Assembly (NCBI GenBank): GCA_041946805.1
Contig: JBHGBC010000015.1
Location: forward strand, 1-61,893
DNA: 61,893 bases
Reading direction: 5' to 3'
Origin: a bacterium
Lineage (GTDB): Bacteria > Hinthialibacterota > Hinthialibacteria > Hinthialibacterales > Hinthialibacteraceae
Made by a program: the position numbers and the translations under genes. The notes under the pieces were generated by a model. It did not search any database. It saw nothing but the letters and a program-made list of their open reading frames with translations, and was not told the origin of the DNA. Shown here piece after piece: positions 51,363 to 60,633 of the stretch. How positions within the stretch are numbered: the stretch's first letter is position 1; every line of letters begins with the position of its first letter.

Positions 51363-51953
51363 TCAGCGCCCGGCCACCATCCTCCCATCCACCATGATCC
51401 GCCCGGAGTTCCATTGCCCGCCCATGCGAATCATGTCGCCGGTGCTTTTCATCCCGTTGGAAATGTCAAACTGGTAGATGATGGTCCCAAAGGGGAAGCC
51501 ATCATTGCCGCTGACTTCCTCGCTCCGGTCGGGACCCGGCGATATGATCAGGTAGGCATTGGCCGGCCATTGCTTGCCCGGCGTGGTGGCGTTGCCGGAA
51601 CCGAACTCGAAGCTGGGGTTATCCTCGGAAAAATTGTGCGCGGATCCGGATCCAAAGGGATCCACGGGGAGCGAGGACATATAGGCCATGGGGGAGGTCA
51701 ACCGGAAAAAGCCCCGCTGGCTGGTGTCGGAGGGGTAGTCATGGTCGTCCACATACGTGTTCCAATCGAGGTAATACTGCTCCAGGGCGGTGGTCACTGC
51801 TTGCATATCGGCTTGCACGCGGCTGATCTTGGCTCGTATTTGCGCGTTGAGGAAATTGGGGACCGCGATGGCCGCCAGAATGCCAATAATCGCGACAACA
51901 ATTAAAAGTTCAATTAATGTAAAACATGATTGACCAGCCGGATGTGTACGCAT
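51363..51953 (-). CDS. Type IV pilin/pseudopilin-like protein (paralogue 5)
   Basis: C|FTLIELLIVV..., LTSPMAYMSSLPVDPF, SPGPD, FDISNGMKSTGDM. Confidence 0.9.
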   Translation of the reverse strand: MRTHPAGQSCFTLIELLIVVAIIGILAAIAVPNFLNAQIRAKISRVQADMQAVTTALEQYYLDWNTYVDDHDYPSDTSQRGFFRLTSPMAYMSSLPVDPFGSGSAHNFSEDNPSFEFGSGNATTPGKQWPANAYLIISPGPDRSEEVSGNDGFPFGTIIYQFDISNGMKSTGDMIRMGGQWNSGRIMVDGRMVAGR

Positions 51954-52718
51954 GATGGATCCTTTGCATGTATGGAATGGCCCTGCGCGCCCTGTCCCAT
52001 AACCACAGGCGCCGGGCATATCGGGCATACCGCCTGACCACCCTACCATCGCATGAAAAATGGGAATATAAAAGATTGAATACAAATTGTATTTTCTTTA
52101 CGTGAATAAATGAATAGTCATCGCATTCGCTCCCGGGCGCCGGTTTCTCCTTCCCTTCCGGCGGGCCGGTGGAGCCGGAAGCGGGAGGACCGGGGGCGGC
52201 TCCGACGGAGTGACGGCCGGAAGGGGAGAGTTGGGTCCAGCATCCACTTCCCAGCCGGGGTAGCACCCCAGTCTTGAGCCGCCTTTTCTATCCCGGTCTT
52301 TCATGACAGGAACAAGGGACGCCGGGCCGGTTCGAAAATCCCTCGCGCCGGTCATCTTGGCGATCGTGTATCTTTTACATCCTCCCCTTGATACGGAACG
52401 AAATCAATCTCACGCGCGTCTATCATATCCTGGCGGCGAAACGTGAATCTACTGCGTTTTGGATGATTTTTTTGTGTGCAAATGACTTCCCTCCCTGTAG
52501 GCAATTGGCTTACAGCGGCGCCGCGGGACGGCGGATCAGGAACGATGCCGGGGATTTTCTGGATCACATCTCGTTGTCATGCCCAGGGTAGGTTTGAAGG
52601 CATCCCGCCGGTGTGGATTGTTTCATCCAATGCGCGGCCGGTATCCAGGCGAACGGATCGAAACAAAGCGGCTTGTCCGCGGGAGGCGGTTTTCGGGGGC
52701 GGGATTCCCGGGGAGAGC

Positions 52719-53402
52719 TTACGGTGCGGGCGGTTCCGCATGGCCGTGCGCCCATTGCACCGCATGCTGCAAGAGGTCGGAAGAACTGCCCAACTGCAAT
52801 TTGTCCTTGATCCGCGACCGGTAGGATTGGACGGTTTTGGGGCTGATGTGCATCCGCTCGGCGATATCCCGCGTGCCCAGCCCCTGGCCGATCATCTGAT
52901 ACACCGCCAGTTCACGGTCGCTGAGCCGTTCCATGGGGGATTGGCGACCCGGAGTTTGACCGCCGACGTAGCGAGTCAGCAGTTTTTCGGACATGCGGGG
53001 GCTGAGATAGATTTTACCACTCAGCACATGCCGGATGGCCACGACGACCTTATCGGTCAGTTCTTCCTTCATGATGTAGCCCCGCGCGCCCGCCCGCAGC
53101 GCCCGTTCCGCGTAGATGGATTCGTCATGCACGGAAAGCACCAGCACGGGCAGGGAGGGATAGCGTTCCTTCAGGAGCCGGATCAAGTCGAGGCCGTTGC
53201 TGTTTTTCAAGGAAATGTCGACGATGGCGATATCGGGCCGCCGGGAGGCGATGGCGGCCAGGGTTTGTTCGGCGTCTTCCGCTTCGCCGCACATTTCCAG
53301 GTTCATTTTCTGGCGGAACAAGAGCGCGAGCCCTTCCCGGATGATCGGATGGTCGTCCACCACCAGGACGCGCGTTTTGGAGGATGATTGGATCTCATTC
53401 AT
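52719..53402 (-). CDS. NarL/LuxR family response regulator
   Basis: VLVVDDHPIIREG, VDISL, LSDRE.V...IGQG....IA.RMHISPKTV; ATGA overlap with the kinase stop. Confidence 0.95.
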   Translation of the reverse strand: MNEIQSSSKTRVLVVDDHPIIREGLALLFRQKMNLEMCGEAEDAEQTLAAIASRRPDIAIVDISLKNSNGLDLIRLLKERYPSLPVLVLSVHDESIYAERALRAGARGYIMKEELTDKVVVAIRHVLSGKIYLSPRMSEKLLTRYVGGQTPGRQSPMERLSDRELAVYQMIGQGLGTRDIAERMHISPKTVQSYRSRIKDKLQLGSSSDLLQHAVQWAHGHAEPPAP

Positions 53403-56400
53403 TGGTGTATCAGCATGGCCCGGTCCGGCGGTCCTCCGGGACCGGTGAGGAAGGCGCAGGTGACGATCGTTCCCCCGTCCGGATGACGCCGGATCTCGAG
53501 AGTGGCGTCGATCATCCTCGCACGGTATTCCATAATCCGCAATCCCATGCCCGCACGGTTTTCCATGCGGCCGGGAATGCCGGCGCCGTTGTCCCGCACG
53601 GTCAAGACAGTCTGCCCGTTCACCCGGTCCAGCCGGATGACGATACGGCCGGCGCGGCCGTGTTTGATGGCGTTGTTGAGCGCTTCCTGGGAGATGCGGT
53701 AGAGATGGGTGGCGGCCGCCGTGTCGCCGATAAACACGCCGCGGTGGTGTTGAAACCGGCAGGAGACGCCGTGCATTTTTTCGGCGTTCGCGGCCAGCTC
53801 CTCGAGCGCCGGCATAAGGCCGTTGGCTTCCAACTCCACGGGATGGAGGCCTTTGGCGAGTATGCGGGCCATGCTGATGGCCCGGTTGACCCGGCGGGTT
53901 ACTTCCCGGGCGGACGCCGCTCCGGAGGGATCCCGCGCGGCGAGCTCTTCTTCCAGCACCTTGCTTTGCAGGGCCAGGCCGGTGAGGAACTGACACAGAT
54001 CGTCGTGCAGTTCATCGCCGATGCGTTTGCGTTCGATTTCGGTGATCGCCAGGATTTCCCGCTCCAGGCGCTTGCGTTCCGTGATGTCGCGCACGATGGC
54101 CAGCACATCCCCGCCGCCGCCCGCCGCGAACCGGGCCTCGTACGTGAGCTGGCGGTCCTCGTGGTCCATGGTGAATTCAAACGGCCGGGATTCTCCGGAG
54201 TGGAGCGTGGCGTGCAAATGGCCCAGCACCTGCGCGGCGGCTTTCGGCGGCAGCACATCCCGGACATGCCGCCCGGTCAGATCTTCCGCGTGGGTCCAGG
54301 ACGGCTGGTTCTTGGGATATTTGCAAGCCAAAAAGGTGCCATCTCCCTGAAGCCGGACGATCAGATCGGGAATGGCGCCGAGCAGCGCCTGGTTTTTGGC
54401 CTCGCTTTCCCGCAGGGCGTCCAGGGCGCGGATGCGGGCGGTGATGTCCTGCAGCAGGCCGAGGGAGCCGATGATGCGGTCCTGTTCATCCCGCACTTCG
54501 ATGGCGGCGTTCGCCAGCCAGCGCTCCTCGCCGGATTTCGTCATCACGCGGTAATCCGCCCGCCAGCTGGTCCCCTTTTCCCCCCGCGCCTTTTCGACCG
54601 CCTCTTCCAGAGTCAGTCCGGCGAACTCGCCCCGGAGAAGGGTTTCCCGGTGGATCGACCGCCACACCTGGGGCGTGAATTCCTCCCGGCGATAACCGGT
54701 GAGCTTTTCGATGTTGTCCCCCACGAATTCATAGCGGTCATTCACGTAATCCCGGTAATAGGGGACCGCGTCGGCCACCTCGATGGCTTTGCGGTACAAC
54801 CGCTGACTTTTTTCGAGCGTGGCTTCCGCCTGTTTCCGTTCCGCGATCTCCAGATTGAGCGATTGGTTGATCCGCGTGAGGTCGGCGGTGCGTTGCCGGA
54901 CCAGCTTCTCCAGGCGCACGTGCCGGGAGATCAGAAAACCCGCCAGGCTGACGATCACGACCGTGAAACACGACGCCACCGTGAGGAAGTCCCGGGTGGC
55001 GTACCACGGCGGCAGCACGGTGAACTCGAGCCGTTCGGGCGTCGGATCGATGTTCCCATGGCGGTCCATGGCCCGGACTTCGAACACATGAGGGCCGCGG
55101 GGCAGTTGGGAAAACGCGGTGGATGCACTGGGATGGAAGGGCGTCCAGGCCGCGCCGTCGATCCGGCAGGAATACAGCAGGCGCTCCTGGGCGGTGTATT
55201 TCCATTTGTCGATGCCATAATACGCCAGCACGATGTCTCCACAGGGCGCGGTTTCGTGGAGGGTCTCCCGGTTGGAAAGAAAGGTTTCCGGCGGATCCCG
55301 GTCCGCGTCCGGGTGATAGAGGACGATGCCCCGGGAGGTCCCCGCCCACAACCGGCCGCGGCGGTCTTCCAGGACATCATATATGCGGGAGGAAGCCAGC
55401 CCGTCCTCCTCGGTGATGGAAATCCACGATCCGCGCCAAAAACGGTGCAAACCCGTTCCGGATGCCACCCAAACGCTGCCGTCCCGCGCAGCCGTCAGGG
55501 AACGCACGGAATCGACGCGGGACAACACCGTCTTCCACGCCCCGCCATCGAATTCATGGATCCGGTGGCGGGCGCCCACCCAGATCCGCCCATCCTCCCA
55601 CTCGTGCAGGCAAAACGCGCCCGTGCCCGAAAAACCGTCCTCCGCGCTGAAAGTCCGGTATTGGCCCGCCTGATACCGGCCCAGGCCGTTCTCACCGCCG
55701 ATCCATAGATCACCCCCGGCCGTTTCCAGCAAGCTACGAATCGGGCCTACGTTCCAGGGCTGGTCAGGCTCTGGATAGGCGCGAAATTCCCGCCCGTCGA
55801 AGATCTCCAAGCGGAATTCGGCATCCTCCGCGCCGGTCCCGTGCTGGATCCAGACCGCTCCCCCCGCGCGCGGACCCAGGGGACGGATCCACCCGCCGCC
55901 GGGATGGGACACGAATTCGTATTGAGCCGTATCCGGATTGAAGAGCAGAAGGCGGGGATTTTCCGATAGCGTATGCAACGCGATCCGGCCGCCGCTCAGG
56001 GGGGAGATGGCCTGGGTTTGGTAATTGGGAAAGCGGTGTCCGGGGGGCAGAGGATACGTGTTCCAGGTGTCTTGATCCAGGAATATGAGGAGATTTCCGG
56101 CCGCGAACCATAGGCGCCCCTGGCCGTCTTCCTGAATGCTGCTGACCGTCTCCCGGACCGCCGCCACGGGGGCGGGAGTCTGCCAGGTGGGAGAAGCATA
56201 CCGGATCAGGCCTTGCGGCGTCGCCATCCAAAAGCCCCCCTCCGGCTCCGGTTCGACGTCATTGACCGTCTCGAATATCTCCTCTTCCAAGGGAATGATC
56301 GGCCCGGAGGGATCGGCCACCTGGATCGCGCCATTTTTCAGCCACAACCAGATTTGTCCATCGGGTCCCCGCCAGCATTTTCGCGCCGGCTCCGCGATCG

Positions 56401-57139
56401 TCCGCATAACACGCCAGCCGGATCCATCCCAGCGCAGGAGGGCTTCTCCGGACGCGCCGGAGATACCGGCCGACGCGAACAACTCGCCGTTCCAACCGGC
56501 TGACAAGGCATGAAAATCGCGCACCCCCGGCGGCTCCAGGCGATACACTTGATAAACAGACTGGGGTGTCACCGACTCGCCTTCCGGTTGAATCCGCGCG
56601 AATCCCGTGGCGCCGGCCAGCCACAGCCCCCCGCCCCGCGCCCGGAGCATGTCATTGAACCGGCCTACGCATGATTCCGTGGCGGTTTTTAGAATCTGGG
56701 TCTTTTGGGCCTGAATATTGAATGCGATCAGATAATCCGGCAGGAGAAACAACACTTCGTCCTGGGCCAGAGACAGGAAGGTAACTGGAGAGTCCACTTC
56801 AGCCACGGCGTACTTGACCCACGCGTTTCCCTCGAAGACCTGCAAGCCGCCGGGATACAGGGACCAGATCTGGCCGTGAGGATTCACGGACACCGGGGCC
56901 TGGGGAACCGGATGGGGGAAGTTGGTAATCCGATATCCGTCCAAACGGCTGAGCCGGGTACCATCACTGTGAATCACCCAAACATGGCCTTGGGCGTCGA
57001 GATAGACGTCGCGGGAAAACGACTCGGCCAAGCCGTCCATGACCTTCCATACCCGCCAGTCCGGTGACGGATGGCCCCATGCGGCCGTGACGAGGAAGAA
57101 CCGCAGGAGGGAAAGAAGATATCCATTTCTTCGAATCAT
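53399..57139 (-). CDS. Sensor histidine kinase: periplasmic two-component-regulator propeller and Y_Y_Y, TM, two PAS domains, HisKA_3/HATPase
   Basis: Signal peptide; DGL / ED..GRLW.GT repeats; G.HVFEVRAMD..GN.D.TP; ERKRIGDELHDDLCQ; EALNNAIKHG; DNGAG; GMGL. Confidence 0.92.
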   Translation of the reverse strand: MIRRNGYLLSLLRFFLVTAAWGHPSPDWRVWKVMDGLAESFSRDVYLDAQGHVWVIHSDGTRLSRLDGYRITNFPHPVPQAPVSVNPHGQIWSLYPGGLQVFEGNAWVKYAVAEVDSPVTFLSLAQDEVLFLLPDYLIAFNIQAQKTQILKTATESCVGRFNDMLRARGGGLWLAGATGFARIQPEGESVTPQSVYQVYRLEPPGVRDFHALSAGWNGELFASAGISGASGEALLRWDGSGWRVMRTIAEPARKCWRGPDGQIWLWLKNGAIQVADPSGPIIPLEEEIFETVNDVEPEPEGGFWMATPQGLIRYASPTWQTPAPVAAVRETVSSIQEDGQGRLWFAAGNLLIFLDQDTWNTYPLPPGHRFPNYQTQAISPLSGGRIALHTLSENPRLLLFNPDTAQYEFVSHPGGGWIRPLGPRAGGAVWIQHGTGAEDAEFRLEIFDGREFRAYPEPDQPWNVGPIRSLLETAGGDLWIGGENGLGRYQAGQYRTFSAEDGFSGTGAFCLHEWEDGRIWVGARHRIHEFDGGAWKTVLSRVDSVRSLTAARDGSVWVASGTGLHRFWRGSWISITEEDGLASSRIYDVLEDRRGRLWAGTSRGIVLYHPDADRDPPETFLSNRETLHETAPCGDIVLAYYGIDKWKYTAQERLLYSCRIDGAAWTPFHPSASTAFSQLPRGPHVFEVRAMDRHGNIDPTPERLEFTVLPPWYATRDFLTVASCFTVVIVSLAGFLISRHVRLEKLVRQRTADLTRINQSLNLEIAERKQAEATLEKSQRLYRKAIEVADAVPYYRDYVNDRYEFVGDNIEKLTGYRREEFTPQVWRSIHRETLLRGEFAGLTLEEAVEKARGEKGTSWRADYRVMTKSGEERWLANAAIEVRDEQDRIIGSLGLLQDITARIRALDALRESEAKNQALLGAIPDLIVRLQGDGTFLACKYPKNQPSWTHAEDLTGRHVRDVLPPKAAAQVLGHLHATLHSGESRPFEFTMDHEDRQLTYEARFAAGGGGDVLAIVRDITERKRLEREILAITEIERKRIGDELHDDLCQFLTGLALQSKVLEEELAARDPSGAASAREVTRRVNRAISMARILAKGLHPVELEANGLMPALEELAANAEKMHGVSCRFQHHRGVFIGDTAAATHLYRISQEALNNAIKHGRAGRIVIRLDRVNGQTVLTVRDNGAGIPGRMENRAGMGLRIMEYRARMIDATLEIRRHPDGGTIVTCAFLTGPGGPPDRAMLIHQ

Positions 57140-57323
57140 GGGCGGAACGAACCCGGTGTCCGGTGGTTGGGAAACTCATCGCCGTTTTCTGCCGAATTCG
57201 CGGATCAGGCGGTCATTATTTCCCGTTCCGTCCTGAAAATGGAAGGGGAGTCGTTAATCCGCGGGCTTTACAGCGGGATATCGATGCCATCCCCGCTAAG
57301 CACTCAATCCCCCCCCCAAAAAT

Positions 57324-57572
57324 GGCTCATCTGTTATGTGCGTACATTTTTCCGGGAGCGTGGATGGACATCGATTCGACGGGTGGGAGATAGCCACCCG
57401 AAATCCCCTCCCTCTGGGAGAGGGGTCAGGGTGAGGGAAAGCCTTTCCCCGGCGCCGACCCCCTCGGGGGATTCCTAAACGCTGGGTGGGAAGGATATTC
57501 TTTTCCTTCGGTTCAGAGTCACGGAATTGAAATACGATTTTCTCCATCTTGTACGCACTTGTCGGATGAACC
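57324..57572. mobile_element. MITE-like element, copy 4 (inverted, divergent interior)
   Basis: GGCTCATCTGTTATGTGCGTAC ... GTACGCACTTGTCGGATGAACC; internal CCCCTCCCTCTGGGAGAGGGGTCAGGGTGAGGG. Confidence 0.75.
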
Positions 57573-57605
57573 GAAAATATTTCCAAAATATTTTTCAAAA
57601 TCCGC

Positions 57606-57636
57606 TTGACAACATGTGTACTATGTAGTATACAGT
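57606..57636 (+). promoter_or_regulatory. Sigma70-type promoter with overlapping palindromic operator
   Basis: TTGACA at 57606; AT-rich -10 region; imperfect palindrome TGTGTACTATGTAGTATACA (57615-57634, 16/20 symmetric); no RBS before ATG 57641. Confidence 0.6.
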
Positions 57637-57640
57637 AAAC

Positions 57641-57994
57641 ATGAGTGTTTTTGGAGATTACATCCGTCAGGTCCGGGAAATGAAACGGGAAACCGACCGC
57701 CGGTTCTCCTTGCGTCAGGTGGCCGAGCGGATCGGCGTGGAACCCGCCTACCTGAGCAAGGTGGAGCGGGGGGAGACGGCCCCGCCGTCGGAAGCGGTGA
57801 TCGTGCGCCTCGCCGATGATTTAGGGGAAGATCCGGACATGCTGCTGGCCCTGGCCGGCAAGGTGTCCAGCGATCTTCTGGATATCATCCGCAAGCGTCC
57901 GCAAGTATTCGCCCAGTTGTTACGGGAGTTGCGAAATTCGCCAGACCACGCGCTGCTGCGCATCGTGCGCGAGGTGCGGGATGGCCACTGGTAA
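57641..57994 (+). CDS. XRE family HTH transcriptional regulator
   Basis: FGDYIRQ.RE...SLRQVA.RIGV..AYLSKVERG...PPSE. Confidence 0.9.
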   Translation: MSVFGDYIRQVREMKRETDRRFSLRQVAERIGVEPAYLSKVERGETAPPSEAVIVRLADDLGEDPDMLLALAGKVSSDLLDIIRKRPQVFAQLLRELRNSPDHALLRIVREVRDGHW

Positions 57995-58013
57995 CGCCAG
58001 AGGGAGAAGATTC

Positions 58014-59012
58014 ATGATTACATTGGAAAAGGATCGTCTTGTGTTCCGGTTTCCGGAAGTCCACCCGGAAGCCGAGTGCCGGGTGGAGTTTCAGCGGACG
58101 CTGCGGATTCCCGATGACGGCAAGGATTACTATCTGCCTCCCGGCCTGGGGAAATTTCCCGTGCGTCACCTGGATGATTTTGCGGCCCAACTGCCCGCCG
58201 CCTGGCATGCCCGGGGCGGCGTGATCATGCCCATGTACCAATCGGAAGCGATGTGGATCAATTTCAGTGGCTCCTATCCTTTCGCGGTCAAGATCGCCGC
58301 CGGGAAGATCAACGCCGTGTCGGGCGAGGAGTGGAAAAACGGGATCAACCGCGATCCCCAGGATTATGTCGTGATCCCCGGGCAGCCCTGGCTGGATGGC
58401 TTCTGCGTGGAGAAGGGATTGATCCGCCAATTCGTCGCCATGCCCCTGGGCGAAGGCTACACGGCGGAAGAGCAGATCACCGGCGAGGCCCAACACGGCG
58501 GCGTGCAGATCATCGCCTATCCGATGAAGGCCGAAGCCTACAACCGGCGTTTCCCCAAGCGGGAGTATGAATCCGATATTATGTGCAGCATGGCCGCCCC
58601 CAGCGCCGCGATGGACATGGGCCTGGCCCCCGGCGGGCGCATGAAGCAGGAGATTTATGAAGATCCCTACCGCTTCGACGAGTGGGATCTGCGCCACGCC
58701 AGCCGCTGCTTTGTCACGATTGCCAATTCGGTGACGTGGAAAGCCGTCACCGGGGAGGTGCCGCCCACCTTGCCGCCCACCGCGGCCGAGTATTCCAAGG
58801 CCGGCTTGCCCTGGTTCGATTATTACGGCGCGGATTTGAAAGCGTTGGGAGGCGCGTTGAAATTGAAAAACCTCAAAAGCGTGGCGTCCCTGGGCAAGGA
58901 AAAATGGCAGAATCCGCTGCCTGAAAATGAATCCGTCGAAAACGAAAACGTGCTTCCCATCCGCGCCAAACGCCGCTCCGCCGAGGTGCGGGAAGGGGAT
59001 TGGCGGGATTGA
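58014..59012 (+). CDS. Conserved protein of unknown function
   Basis: GGGAG RBS; conserved-looking blocks FQRTLRIPDDG..Y.LPPGLG.FP, PMYQSEAMWINF, PQDYVV.P.QPWLDG, IRQFVAMPLG.GYT.EEQITG, MGLAPGG.MKQ.IY.D, Y..AGLPWFDYY. Confidence 0.8.
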   Translation: MITLEKDRLVFRFPEVHPEAECRVEFQRTLRIPDDGKDYYLPPGLGKFPVRHLDDFAAQLPAAWHARGGVIMPMYQSEAMWINFSGSYPFAVKIAAGKINAVSGEEWKNGINRDPQDYVVIPGQPWLDGFCVEKGLIRQFVAMPLGEGYTAEEQITGEAQHGGVQIIAYPMKAEAYNRRFPKREYESDIMCSMAAPSAAMDMGLAPGGRMKQEIYEDPYRFDEWDLRHASRCFVTIANSVTWKAVTGEVPPTLPPTAAEYSKAGLPWFDYYGADLKALGGALKLKNLKSVASLGKEKWQNPLPENESVENENVLPIRAKRRSAEVREGDWRD

Positions 59013-59057
59013 GCCGCCGGACAAGAAAAGTATCCAGGTAGATGTTTTGGAAGGCTG

Positions 59058-59082
59058 TCCCGCTTGACGCGGGATTTTTTTT
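59058..59082 (+). terminator. Intrinsic terminator
   Basis: TCCCGC-TTGAC-GCGGGA followed by T8. Confidence 0.75.
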
Positions 59083-59094
59083 CAACCATGCGGA

Positions 59095-59122
59095 TTGCTT
59101 TGGTTCCATTTTTTGATACCAT
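59095..59122 (+). promoter_or_regulatory. hicAB promoter/operator candidate
   Basis: TTGCTT-N16-TACCAT overlapping the inverted repeat TGGTTCCA-N5-TGATACCA; ATG follows 5 nt after the -10. Confidence 0.5.
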
Positions 59123-59127
59123 AAGGT

Positions 59128-59382
59128 ATGAATCGTAAACACCGGAAGACCATGGATGCCTTTTTCGTAAATCCCGTCCGGGCGGATATCGAATGGATTT
59201 CGGTGGCCAGTCTCCTTCGAGCCCTCGGGGCGGAAATCCGGGAAGCGCGAGGCTCGCGTCTTCTTATCCGTTTGAATGACGTCCACATGGTCTTTCATCG
59301 CCCTCATCCCCGCAAGGAATTGGAACGGGGCGCGGTCAAATCCATGCGGCGGTTTTTGGAAGCTGCCGGGGTAAAACCATGA
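59128..59382 (+). CDS. hicA: HicA family toxin (mRNA interferase)
   Basis: KHRKT...F..PV..DI.W....LL.ALGA...E..GSR.....FHRPHP. Confidence 0.9.
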   Translation: MNRKHRKTMDAFFVNPVRADIEWISVASLLRALGAEIREARGSRLLIRLNDVHMVFHRPHPRKELERGAVKSMRRFLEAAGVKP

Positions 59383-59708
59383 GCCTGCGATACAAGGGAT
59401 ACACGGGACACGTCGAATTCGACGATCAGGCGCGGATCTTTCATGGGGAAGTGCTTGGCACGCGGGATGTGATTACCTTCCAGGGGCAATCGGTTGGCGA
59501 ATTGGAAAAGGCATTCCGCGAATCCATCGATGTGTATCTGGAATGGTGCAAGGAAGAGGGAATCAATCCGGACAAGCCGTTTTCCGGCCAGTTGCGTTTG
59601 CGGCTGGGAGGTGATCTTCACCGCCGCGTCGCGCAAGCCGCCCAGCAAACCGGCCAAAGTATCAATGAACTGATAGTCCATGCCATCGAAAAATCCCTGC
59701 CTTCCTGA
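59379..59708 (+). CDS. hicB: HicB family antitoxin
   Basis: YKGY.G.VEFD...IFHGEV.G.RDVITFQG, SID.YL..C, KPFSG...LR, RHH tail; ATGA overlap. Confidence 0.92.
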   Translation: MSLRYKGYTGHVEFDDQARIFHGEVLGTRDVITFQGQSVGELEKAFRESIDVYLEWCKEEGINPDKPFSGQLRLRLGGDLHRRVAQAAQQTGQSINELIVHAIEKSLPS

Positions 59709-59845
59709 AGTCCGGACGGTTTCCCCTACTTCAGGCGAAAACGCGGCTTATGCGCATCGATATGCCGATTATGAGATTGCGGGAGATCGATCCGTAAAAA
59801 ATCACCCGTGGCGAAGGGAATTACTTCTCTGGGAAACTGAGGAAA

Positions 59846-59919
59846 TACGCCTGGAGGGATTTGAACCCACGACACCTGGATCCGGAATCCAGTGCTCTAT
59901 CCAGCTGAGCTACAGGCGC
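59846..59919 (-). tRNA. tRNA-Arg(CCG)
   Basis: Minus strand GCGCCTGTAGCTCAGCTGGATAGAGCA CTGGA-TTCCGGA-TCCAG GTGTCGTGGGTTCAAATCCCTCCAGGCGTA; cloverleaf; CCA not encoded. Confidence 0.95.
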
Positions 59920-60075
59920 ATAGGCAAGTATCTCTTATCTCTTCCGTTTGGACGGTACATACTTTCTTCCAGCCTTAATCATATCCAGAATCGCGAATCC
60001 GTCAATCGGCCGCCGCCCTGGAAACCGCGGATTTTTCCTCCCCTTCCCCATCCGGTCCCGTTGGACACGGAGTGA

Positions 60076-60633
60076 TCAGACCACCGCTTCGGCGGTGGGT
60101 TCGTCGTCATAGAATAAATACTTGCGCCAGACTTCGCGCTTTTCGCCCATCAGACGCACCAAGTGCAGAAACGTGGGCAAGGTGGGTTTGCGGGGGGGAG
60201 AAACCAGGGTCATCCCGATTTCCTCGATGAAATTGTTGCCTTTCTTGTGGTTGCAACGCTTGCAGGCCGTCACCACGTTGTTCCAGGTATCCTTGCCGCC
60301 GCGCGAGAGGGGGATCACATGGTCGAGGGTCAATTCATCCGTCGGGAGCTGCGTACCGCAATACTGGCAGGAGTAGGCGTCGCGCAGCATGATGTTTTTC
60401 CGGCAGAAGGGAATGGGACGGTAGGGGAGTTTGATAAACCGCCGCACGCGGATGACTTCGGGCATGGGCAATTGCAGCGTCGAGGCGCGAACCCAGTGGG
60501 GGGCGTTTTCCACCACGTCGGCCTTGCCGGTCAAGAGCATGACGATCGCCCGGCGAGCCGTGCAGATATTGATCGCCTCGTAACTGGAATTGAGTACCAA
60601 GACTCGGTGGTGGGCGAACTCGGACTGTTTCAT
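60076..60633 (-). CDS. HNH endonuclease
   Basis: VLVLNSSYE, RD.YSCQYCG, TLDHVIP.SRGG...W.NVVTAC..CN..KG. Confidence 0.92.
   Translation of the reverse strand: MKQSEFAHHRVLVLNSSYEAINICTARRAIVMLLTGKADVVENAPHWVRASTLQLPMPEVIRVRRFIKLPYRPIPFCRKNIMLRDAYSCQYCGTQLPTDELTLDHVIPLSRGGKDTWNNVVTACKRCNHKKGNNFIEEIGMTLVSPPRKPTLPTFLHLVRLMGEKREVWRKYLFYDDEPTAEAVV

Noticed and set aside
57324..59846. Integrative element or prophage at tRNA-Arg
   Set aside because: No integrase, and I found no duplicated tRNA 3' end (att) in the window by eye.
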